From: Chromera velia
Taxonomy: Eukaryota
Reading direction: 5' to 3'
Length of the DNA: 51,120 nt
NCBI GenBank assembly: GCA_018398765.1
Contig: JAHBMJ010000317.1
Span: 1 to 51,120 of the forward strand
Shown piece by piece: positions 1 to 9,833 of this stretch. The notes beneath the pieces were generated by a model. That model saw only the letters and a list, made by a program, of their open reading frames with translations, was not told the DNA's origin and did no database searches. A program made the translations under genes and the position numbers. Positions within the stretch are counted from its first letter, which is position 1, and every line of letters begins with the position of its first letter.

Positions 1-85
1 TGAACTCTGACTGACAGACTTAAGGAGGTAAGGTATGGTGAGTCCCCAACTAGACTACGTTCTTAGTCTAGGAGGAAATCTGATG

Positions 86-313
86 GGTGCCAGGGGTGAC
101 TGAATCTGACGTCATCCTCAGAGGTGCCAGGGGTGACTGAATCTAACGTCATCCTCATAGGATCTGTATTTTCAATCATATGATACAGATACTTGTAAGA
201 CAGAGAAGGTTCGTTGTAGCTTATCATAATGTCAGTCTCTTAGCAGTCGTAATAACCTTGCATATGAGAGTCCGTGTGTCAGATAGTCGTCCAGATTAAT
301 CCATATTATTTCT
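86..313 (+). repeat. 5' LTR (portion alignable to the 3' LTR), containing a 37-bp tandem duplication at 86-122/123-159
   Basis: GGTGCCAGGGGTGACTGAATCTGACGTCATCCTCA...CCATATTATTTCT matches 5475-5665 with about 7 substitutions by manual alignment. Confidence 0.9.
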
Positions 314-330
314 GGTACGACGCCAGTGAG
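313..330 (+). promoter_or_regulatory. Primer-binding site (PBS) of the Copia element
   Basis: TGGTACGACGCCAGTGAG directly follows the 5' LTR and begins with TGG, the complement of tRNA CCA. Confidence 0.7.
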
Positions 331-360
331 AGTAAAGGAGGTTTGGAGTAGGCTGTGCAA

Positions 361-3300
361 ATGTCCGCAACGGACGGGAAGCTCGTCTTCCCTCTCTTCG
401 TAGACAAACCTGATAAAGACTTGGCGGTCAATGAGGTCAATACCTTTTCAAGGTTTTACGACTCCTTCTTTTCGATTTTGGATGGAAAAGTAGACCTTGA
501 CGGGGTGAAGCTGGATCGTTGGACATGCGACCAGCTCTATCGGTCAACAAAAGGACACCCCAGGGTAGGGGTGGTCATAGACAATGTATTTCAGAAGAGG
601 AAAGCGGGTGACTATGATGCTCCCAATGGGAGTACCGAGTATGATAAGTACAAAAAGGCCCTTATTGATGCCCTCAAGTCATCGGGGGAGGATAACGATG
701 AAAAGAAACACGATGAGGTAGAAAGAGAGTGGGAGACTTTCCCCGCATTGAGCAGATCAACCGGGACTGAGGTGGTTAATCAGTATAGAAACCTGGTAAC
801 CCGTACCGACAGTCTCAAAGGGGAAGTTCCCATGAGGAAGAGGGCCGATGCTGTACTCAGATCCCTGTTCCAGTCGACGCAGGATGTCTAGTCGGCAACT
901 CTCACATCCGCACAGCTGAAAGATCCAGACGTACTCATTCAAGAACTCATTGAGATGTGCAAGACAGTACACGGAGATGAGTCTGCCCCGCGGAAGGGGG
1001 GGCTTGCACCCAAGAAGCAGGGGGACATACGGGCCGTCGTGAAAGAAGAGATTGCGCTGTTTATTGGAGGTGGGATGGGACTCCCACGTAAAGAAAAACC
1101 CAACAACACCCGTCCTCCGAAGAAGTCAAACAACTCGTCTTAGCCAAAAGGCAACCCCGTCTCGAATTCCGAAAAGAAGTGTTGGCGTTGTGGTCAGAGC
1201 AGCTGCAAGAACCCCAGTACATGCGAATCATTCAAAGAGGGGAATGAGTGCAAGTGCTGTGGTCTTCTGGGCCACTGGAAGCCAACCTGCAGGTGCAGTA
1301 AGTGTATGGCAGAGAAGAATGCCGCCCCACTCAAGTCAAAGAGGAAACAAACAGTTAACCATGTTCGAGGAGATCCGGGTAACCCGGGTGAGTTCGTCAT
1401 TGGAGAGTATGATGTGCTCAACTTCCGCCCTTCCCCTCACACAGCGTTTGATTTCCAGCAATCATCAAACTGTGTCACATATCAGTATACGAACTGTCGG
1501 CATGATGTCGGACGGGCCATGGTAGACACGGGTACCGAGAGGGGAATGGGGAATCGTGAGAGGTTGCAGAGAGCTGGAGTTCTGGTTTGGGAACAGCCGT
1601 ACTCCGCGCGCGTCGGCGTCGCAAAGCGCAACGGCGATGGCCACCAAACGTCCGAGCGCGTTTGGATCAATGTCGATGCGATTGGCACCGTGATTCTGGA
1701 AGACGAGACGGGTGGGCTATTCCACACGTATCTGTACCTCACAGATGATGATGTTCCCACGTTGGTCACATATGATGCCTGCGCAGCGTTTGATAGGTCG
1801 GGCGAGACGCCGTCGTACTTTGATGTGCGAGACGTCCGTGGCATTATATATCGCGTCACTGTTGATGCACCGAATGGCCACTGCTGCTCTCGTATCCCTT
1901 CCTTTCCTCTCCCTGTCAATGCAAAGAAAAGGGAAGCAGAGTTCGACCGTGAGTGAGGTGGTGGTAGGCAGGCTCTGTGTATGCAGCGTGAGCTGCGTCG
2001 TTTGGACATGGAGGAGGCAAGAGTCGAGCACGATCGTCTCGGCATCCACTCGGGGGCTGAATATTTCCGTCTCACCCTCGAGGAGGACGGAAAGTCCATC
2101 ACAGCAGCCATGGCAGCAGAGATTACTGCCACTTGCCGGACTTGCCAGCAGAAGCAGGCAGTCAACAAGTCGTTGAGGGCAGCAACTCGAGAGAAGAGCC
2201 GGAGAAGCAAGGTGAAGGAATTCGGGGATGAGGTGTATTTGGACACGTGGTTTCCTGGGAATGAGGATGCAGAGGTTAGTGGGTTCCCGTGTGGGAATCT
2301 TTGGACATATCTCCACACTCGTAGCAAGTTTGACACTCCGATGCATGGCCGCTGCGATGCTGTAGATTCTTTGATGGATTGGATCGATTACTACGGTGTC
2401 GTTCCAAAGAAGATGCTCACAGACAGGGCCCCAGAGTTGATTGGGGGTAAGTTTATCGAAACCTGCAGGTCGTTCAGCCCACCCATCCTCCCAGAAAGGG
2501 CCCCGACTGGAATCAAAAGGATTTTGGGATTCGCTGAGAGACCTATCCGCACTCATCAGAATCAGGTCAGGGTGGCTCTGGACAGGTGTTTGGTTCCGAG
2601 TGAGGGGGGAAGATGGGGAGAGCGAATTCCCCATAGTCTTGCACATGAGATCAGCATAGCAGTAGCCATAGAAGGAGATAAGATTGTCCATCCCACTGAC
2701 AGAAAGAGTGCGTATGAGCGGAGGACCGGGGAAAAACCAGATCGTAAGTTTGCGTTAGGGGATTGGGTTATGATTCGTCACGGTCCTAAGGACCTTTCCT
2801 TCCCAGGCAAGCTTTGTATATTTCTCTACACTTGGTCCCCCTGTGTCACAGCACTCTTGTACTACAACGCACAGAAACACCGCATTCAGGTTTTCAACAC
2901 ACACCCTTTCCTCGTGGAGCCCTTGCACGATGGTCCACTTACGGGGTGGCGTATGGTGAAGAGAATCCTGGAGACCCCTGTGAAGGGAAGGCTTGTGTCT
3001 GGGGGTGAAAATGTGCTTTTGCCCTCTGCTCCGCAGTTTTCTGGTCAGAACCTTCCCGCCGTCCATCCAAAAGGTGGTAGGGCTCCCCCGCAGATCGGTG
3101 CGATTCAGGGGGGGGCAGCTGCTACTCAAGAGGACGGGGGGGGTGCAGAAGGCGCAGGAGGCGACGACTAAGATCTAGGGGTGGAAGTCCAGGTAGAGGT
3201 TCTACAGCAGGGAGCAGGCCCTCCGGGAGACGGCCAAAGGAAATACATAGGTTTGCTTGTGGAAGCGAATGGCAGGCGTCTTGTGATGATGCAGACAGGG

Positions 3301-5397
3301 AAAGCGTATCACAAGTCCATCCCTGTAGCATGGCTCCAGCCAGTGGGGGATGGGAGTAGGAAGTGGCGTGTAGAGGGAATAGCACCCAATCCCATTCGGA
3401 AACAGCAAGTGCTGCGTTATTTCGATTTCGTAGACGACCATCTGCCTGCCGAGATCGAATTCCAAGTATCCCCAGGCCCCCCTCCGATTCGTGTCGGTCC
3501 GTCCGCACAGCAGCAGGGTGTTGTGAATGAGGGGGTGCCGCCAGACGCGGGTGGGGATGCACCCGCAGCCCCTCACCCTGATGGCATTCCTCCTGATGAC
3601 TCTTTGTTTGGTTCTGACCTCCTCAGAAATCCTCAGCATGAGGGGGGGGCAGAACAAAGGTCAGTGCATTTGGAATCGTTGGAGGCGCTGGCAGCCTTTG
3701 ATTTCAAGAAAGGCTCCACCAACATTCCAGCAAAGGAGGAAGAGGTGAGGGAGGCGAAGTTCAATGAGGCGATGAGAGATGAGTGGCTCCAGAACATCTG
3801 TGGGCAGGAGGTGTTTAGGAGGGCGGTTCCGAGGGAAGAGGCTAAGATGGTGATAGATCTCGGCTGGAGGCTCACATGGAAGGAGAAGGAGGCAGAGAAA
3901 GGAAAGGGGAAGGAAAGAAAGTACAGAAGTCCGTCTCCCAGTCATTCTCCTCCCACAGCAACAAAGAGAGTGCCAAAAGCCCGATGCTTCGGGAAGGGCT
4001 TCCGGGACAAGAGAAAGATTGATACCTTCACAGGTACCCCTGTCCCCGCTCTGATTTTTTTCTGCATGATCTGGGCACTCGCGTGTGCTTTGCAGATTTT
4101 TGTGGGGGATGTGAAGGGGGCGTTCCTTCAGTCTACCGACACGAATGCAGAGAGAGTTTATGCGTGCATGCCTGTGTGGATGTCTCCGATCCCAGACGTG
4201 TGCCCCTATCCAGACATGAAGCCCGAGAATTGGGAGAGAGTGAAAGAGTACGCCAGATCTCTCTTGCCAGGACAGATCCGGGAGGTCGTTCGCGGTCTCT
4301 ACGGCATGCCTGTCTCGTCCAAACTTTTTGACAATAAGTGGGTTGGGATAACGAGACGGGCAGGGTTTGAGAGAATAGAGTTGGGGATTGCAGTTGATAA
4401 AAAGAAAAATGTTCTCATCAATTGGATTGATGACGTTTTTGGCCTGATTGCTTTTGGGCAGGTTGAGAGGGTGATGCGACATCTACAGGGGGAGATGGAG
4501 TTTGGGAAAATGACGAGGCTTGACATGGCTTCATACAAATTCAAGTATGCGGGAATGGACTTTGAAGGAGACAAAGGGGAGTGCAGAGTCTCGATGTCCT
4601 CGTATCTTGAGGGGGTGGATACAAACAAACTGTTCAGAGAATACAAGATCCCTCGGAGAGGAGTGGGGGGCACGTCTTTATGCAAAGAAAAGGATTTTCA
4701 TCTGCAGGAAGGTAAGCAACCTGATCTGTCTCTGAAAGACATCTACAGCAGTGTGATCGGGTGTTTGGGTTGGGGGGGACGTCTCTCTCCTTTCCGTCGT
4801 GTGTGGTACGATATTCTTTCTCGCTATAGGAAGACACCGACCCACAGGCATCTCGCGATTGCTGTCAGAATCCTGCACAAAATCAAGAAAGATCCAGAAG
4901 GTCTGAATTTCCACCGTCTGTCTCGCTCTCCTCTTCTCAAGATGGTTTTCTTCATTGATTCCTCTCATGAGAAAGACACATACGAAGGAAGCCATGCATG
5001 GATTGCTCTTCTGGTTGATCATGCCTGGAAGCCAGGAGATGAATTGTTTAACATTTTCGCATGGCGTTCGATGCGTTTGACCGTCAAGCTGGGCAGCTCC
5101 ACAGCTTCAGAATTGGTTGGGTTTGAGCAGTGCCTCAAGCGTGTGCCTCGACTGATTTCTTTTGGCCGGAATTTTCAGAAAGACATGCCGGTTCAGTTCT
5201 TGATTGACTGTAACCCTTTGCATGATCAGTTCAGATCGGGGGTGGCAGATTCAGACACAAGGATGCAGCATGTTCTCGACTGGTGCATTCAGAGATGCAA
5301 ACAATTGTCTGCCAGTGTTGTTTGGATCCCTTGTGAGATTCAGGCAGCCATTGCACTCACTAAGCCTATTGCTTTTGGTCAATCGATCTATGATTGA
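361..5397 (+). pseudogene. Copia gag-pol polyprotein in one reading frame, interrupted by 4 in-frame stops (889 TAG, 1141 TAG, 1954 TGA, 3169 TAA)
   Basis: ORFs 355, 955, 1306, 1981 and 3181 share one frame and the gaps between them are open. Motifs: CCHC knuckle CKCCGLLGHWKPTC (1249-1290); protease MVDTGT; integrase HDRLGIH...CRTC plus [21 protein letters not shown] (DDE); RT KARCFGKGF, GDVKGAFLQ, RGLYGMP, WIDD; RNase H FIDSS, STASEL, LIDCN, ALTKP. Confidence 0.92.
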
Positions 5398-5420
5398 AGT
5401 GTGGATCATTCGCCTGTCAT

Positions 5421-5431
5421 GAGGGGGTGAG
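5421..5431 (+). promoter_or_regulatory. Polypurine tract of the Copia element
   Basis: GAGGGGGTGAG lies just after the pol stop and before a TG-starting segment leading into the 3' LTR homology. Confidence 0.65.
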
Positions 5432-5432
5432 T

Positions 5433-5665
5433 TGTGAGTTAGATTCATGACAGTCTCAGAATGGAGATGTCAGGGGTGCCAGGGGTGACTGAATCTGACG
5501 TCATCCTCATAGGATCTGTATTATCAATCATATGATACAGATACCTGCAAGACAGAGAAGGTTCGTTGTAGCTTGTCATAATGTCAGTCTCTTAGCAGTC
5601 GTAATAACCTTGCATATGAGAGTCCGTGTGTCAGATAGTCGTCTAGATTAACCCATATTATTTCT
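5433..5665 (+). repeat. 3' LTR (start inferred from PPT + TG; 5474-5665 matches the 5' LTR)
   Basis: Direct-repeat identity with 123-313; the left boundary could be 5428 or 5433. Confidence 0.8.
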
Positions 5666-7555
5666 AAGAGCACCTTTTAGAAGTACTTTTAAACTAACTT
5701 CCTCGTGAACTTATTATTCAACTCAAAGTTTTAAACATCTTTCAACTCTAGTTTCAACCTTAGTTCTAGTCCTAGTTGTTATTGTACGTTTGTCTCTACT
5801 AGTGTTTCTACTAGACAGAAAGAGGAGGATCGTCTCAGCGCTCAGCAGCAACAGAAACTCAGTGTAATGCTTGAGCAGTGTGAGGAGAACGGAGGCCAGA
5901 CAATTTGCGTTGCTGACCTAAGGCTTCTAAGTGATTACAAGGCCATCACGAAGATTAGGTAAATATGGTGGTCTTTACTCCTGCTTTCGCTTCCTTTGTT
6001 TTGTGTGTTCATTTCAGACGGTCCACGTATTCATCCGAGAGACGCTGTCAGTTAGATAGGCACAGACACAAAGACGCACACACATACACATACGTCTGTG
6101 GTGGTTCTCTCAGACACATCTGACGTCCTTCTTGCTTCCCTCCTCTGAGAAATGCCGGGTGATGGACTAGGTGATAGACCAACTGAGTGTGAGAGACGCG
6201 AGAGAGATAGAGGGAGTGACCCAGTCCGTCGTTTCACCATTCATGCTAATTAAAAAATGAATGAAATCTGCGTGTATGGCACTGCACGTAGCGACCATCG
6301 CAAAAGGGGATTATAGGGACGAAGGCGAGTAGGCGGGCAAAGGGAAAAGGGGGCTCTCTTTTGTCCTATGTAAAGAGTGACAAGAAAGATGGATGCATGG
6401 ATGCAGACAGAAGAGCAGACAGAGGAGAAGTTCTTTAACTGGCTCTTTGACGATATCTAGGATGATATACATTTTGAAGCTTTAGTCGAAGCTAGTTTTG
6501 GTCAATCCTTTTGAGCGTCTACCAAGCTAAAAATGAAACTGGGATCCTAGATATGAATCATATGATTCAAACTCTAGTTGAAGCTAGTCATTTAACCTTT
6601 ATTTTTTTTTACATATACAATAAAATTTTGAAAAAAAAAAAAAGAATAGACGTTTTCAGATTTTTTTTTTTTACCACTGTGCATCGCCTAGTATATATTT
6701 AGGCTTTCCCTAATATAATAATATAAATATAATATAATATAATATATTCTCTCTATAACATAGAGTATATAATCGAAAAGAAAAAAAATAACTAAACAAT
6801 TGATGAAAAAAAGTATAGACTAGAAAAGAAGTATAGCTATTGCCTCTGTCGATGCCTCCTCTACGAGCCCTTCTGCAGTTGTTTCTTCTCATGTGGCTTA
6901 GCGATAGTGGCTGCCCCTTCTTTTGCTGCTACAACCAGTCAGGCAAAGGCCGCAGAGACTAGCGCAGAGCAGGAAGAATGAGAATTTTTCAGGGATTTTG
7001 GGAGGCTTAGGGAGTCATAGGACTAACGACATGTGAATGCGTGTGTGCGGATTGATATAGGGTAATGCATTGACTTCTGTACATAGAGGGACAACGCCGC
7101 CAGCCAGGGTGTGCCTCCGTGGTATAAAGTGAGTGAAGGGCACTTACATAATCAGTACAGTCCATGCAATTATGCAGAGATGGGAAATGCAAGCTTGAAT
7201 TTAGCAGGTTGATTTGAAGCTAGCAAAAACGGTTTGAGACAGAATTTCAAAGGCAAAAGAAAGCCGACCGTTTCATTAGAAATATAATATAAATTATATA
7301 ATATAATATATAATGTAGAATAATGTTCATAATTAAGTTTGTATTACATTACATTAAATTATATTATATAAGGGTTTTGTCTGAAATATAATATATATTG
7401 AATCCGAGCCTAGAATAGAATATTAAGTTAAACTTATTAAAATGTGCATGTACATCAAAATTGTAATTAAGAGCCTAGTTAAAAGCTTTATACTTAAAAT
7501 TGTTGCCCCCTTCAAGACTGAGTGAATTTTTAAATAAATTAAATTTAAGTGAAAT

Positions 7556-8127
7556 TGTTATATGGTACTTTGCACTCAGTAGAAGGCTCTTGGATTCGGG
7601 GACGTTTGGATATAAAGTAAGGAAGAGCACAAAGGAGATCAGAGTTTGGAGATGGGGCAAAAGATGTGCAAGGTCCAAGCACGCATGCATGCCACCAGAA
7701 TTGGCGCGCGTTGTGGCCCTGTTACACTCGCGCGGCCCGCTTGCACACGCCCGCCGCTTGGAGGGTTGCGCCGCCTTACGCGCGACCACATTCTCACGTA
7801 CCTAAAATTGAATTCGACCATATTCTCACTGAAATTGAATTTGACTTCGATCGCGGCCTGTCGCTGATTTCGATCGCAGCCTGTTGCATGCAGCTGCGTG
7901 GCGAGCCAGAAATACCATGAAATGCCAACTTAAATTTGAGAAATCCAAAATCTTGAAATCGCGCGTTGTGAGATTAAAACTTAGTTCACCAACTCAGAGT
8001 TTCGATCAACATAATCGCATCACACCAAACTTCAACTTCAGACCTCTTTTTTATAGATTGCCTTCTCAAGAGTCAACTGACAATGAAGTTTTTATTGTAC
8101 TCCCTAGTGCCAGAGTACGACAGAACA
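7556..8127 (+). repeat. 5' LTR of the non-autonomous element
   Basis: Gap-free alignment to 8717-9288, about 90% identity by manual count; TG...CA termini. Confidence 0.93.
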
Positions 8128-8716
8128 CGTGGTGACGCCAGCGAAAGAACGTCCAAGGCTGAACCAAAGATTAACGGAGACGGCAAGACGCCATCTATAT
8201 GTTGAAGGTCCGTTCTGCTCTTGTTTACCCTCTCTCCACAGAGAGACAAAGAGATTTTCGTACCTCTGTGAAGGATGCTTCTGCTCCTCTGTCTTCTGTT
8301 CAGTGTTCCTGTATTTCTGGGTCTGCAGGTCTCACGATATCTTTAACAAATGGAATTCTGCATTCAACTTGGAAGAAGATTGACGGAATGATTTAGGTAT
8401 AGAGAAGAAGAAAAGAGACGAGACAAAGAGGAGACGGGGAATCTTGAGATCTGTCTGATAGTGTGTAGGGACAGCGCCTGACATACCATGTCACTGTATC
8501 AAGTCTTTCTCCACCATCATTCTCTCTCAACAGAAACTGACCATTCGTTTCAGGAAGAGCATACCAGGAACAGTGCTACTTGCAAGTGTATCTCAGAAGA
8601 GAAAAAGCAGGGGAGACGTGTTATGAGGACTTTCAGCTGCATGCTAAAGAAGAATGCAGCCCTAGAAGAAGTATAATTAGACGGCCGTGGAATGCCGTCT
8701 TGAGCAGAAGGGGCCA

Positions 8717-9288
8717 TGTTATATGGTACTTTACACTCAGTAGAAGGTTTTTGGATTCGGGGACGTTTGGACACAAAGTAAAGAAGAGCACAAAGGAGAT
8801 CAGAGTTTGGAGACGGGGCAAAAGATGTGAAAGGTCCAGGCATGCATGCATGCCACCAGAATTGGTGCGCGTCGCGGCCCTGTTACGCTCGCGCGGCCTG
8901 CCTGCATGCGCCCGCCGCTTGGAGGGTCACGCTGCCTTACGCGCGACCATATTCTCACGTACTTGAAATTGAATTCGATTATATTCTCACTGAAATTGAA
9001 TTTAACTTCGATCGCGGCATGTCGCTGATTTCGATCACGGCCTATCACATGCAGCTGCGTGGCGAGCCAGAAATGCCGTGAAATGCCAACTCAAATTTAA
9101 GAAATGCAAAACCTTGAAATCGCGTGTTATGAGATTAAAACTTGGTTCACCAACTCAGGGCTTCGATCAACACAATTGCATCGCACCAAACTTCAACTTC
9201 AGACTTCTTCTTTATAGATTGCTTTCTCAAGAGTTAACTGACAGTGAAGTTTCTATTGTACTCTCTAGCGCCAGAGTACGACAGAACA
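8717..9288 (+). repeat. 3' LTR of the non-autonomous element
   Basis: Gap-free alignment to 7556-8127; TG...CA termini; followed by TSD AAAT. Confidence 0.93.
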
Positions 9289-9833
9289 AAATTCGTGAAT
9301 TTATGTAAATTTCAACAGCTGAGTGAATTTACATGAATTTAAGTGAACTTATAAGTGAATTTTTAATTAATTTGAAATACATATTTCTAGGCATATTTAC
9401 TTATAAATTTAAATTAGCCTAGAAATTGGCTTTAAATTTATGAATTGTAAAATGAATTCAAGACTAGATCGAATGTTATTCAGACGGTCTAGAGCGTGCG
9501 TAAATTGCAGCGTAATTAATTCATGCTAGACCCTAGGCCAGACCTAGATATACTGGGAAGGCCCTAGTCTGAGGGCAGAACAAATCAATCAACTAATCAA
9601 TCAGTCAATCAATCAATCATGCTTTACCGGGCGGTGCAAACACATGCACCAGCTACCACCGTGATACCAATATGATTACCAAACGAGTTACCAAAGTTCA
9701 CCTACATTGGTAATCATAAAATAATTTGGAATATGATGGTGATGATGATGATGATTTGGGGTGTGCAGCACTGACTATATATTGTAAGAATCTAGGTAAG
9801 AATATAGCAGCAAACAAACGATGCATGGAGCAT

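Larger units (their letters stand above)
1..5665 (+). mobile_element. Ty1/Copia-type LTR retrotransposon, near full length; left end probably lies before the window start
   Basis: Direct repeats at ~86-313 and ~5474-5665, PBS-like TGG motif at 313, PPT at 5421, and domain order Gag/zinc knuckle-PR-IN-RT-RNase H (integrase upstream of RT = Copia order). Confidence 0.95.
7556..9288 (+). mobile_element. Non-autonomous LTR element (TRIM/LARD-like): two 572-bp LTRs around a 589-bp non-coding interior
   Basis: Both repeats run TGTT...AACA; 4-bp TSD AAAT (7552-7555 and 9289-9292); PBS-like TGGTGACGCCAGCGA at 8130-8144; purine tract AGAAGGGG at 8706-8713; no recognisable pol motifs inside. Confidence 0.92.

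Noticed and set aside
1482..2691. Long antisense ORFs (284 and 324 aa) within the Copia element
   Set aside because: Shadow frames of the GC-rich PR/IN coding strand with no recognisable motifs.
361..5397. Stop-codon reassignment (alternative genetic code) explaining the in-frame stops
   Set aside because: Host exons (clathrin light chain, M16, ADAT1) show no internal stops and end at standard stops.
6457..6691. Third CTAGG-ended MITE (CTAGGATGATATAC...GTGCATCGCCTAG, 235 bp)
   Set aside because: Size and poly-A/T interior resemble the 25224 MITE, but the TIR match needs an indel and the flanks (GACGATAT versus TATATATT) give no TSD.
7556..9288. APOBEC-type cDNA editing
   Set aside because: Both C/T and G/A differences occur in both LTRs without strand polarity.
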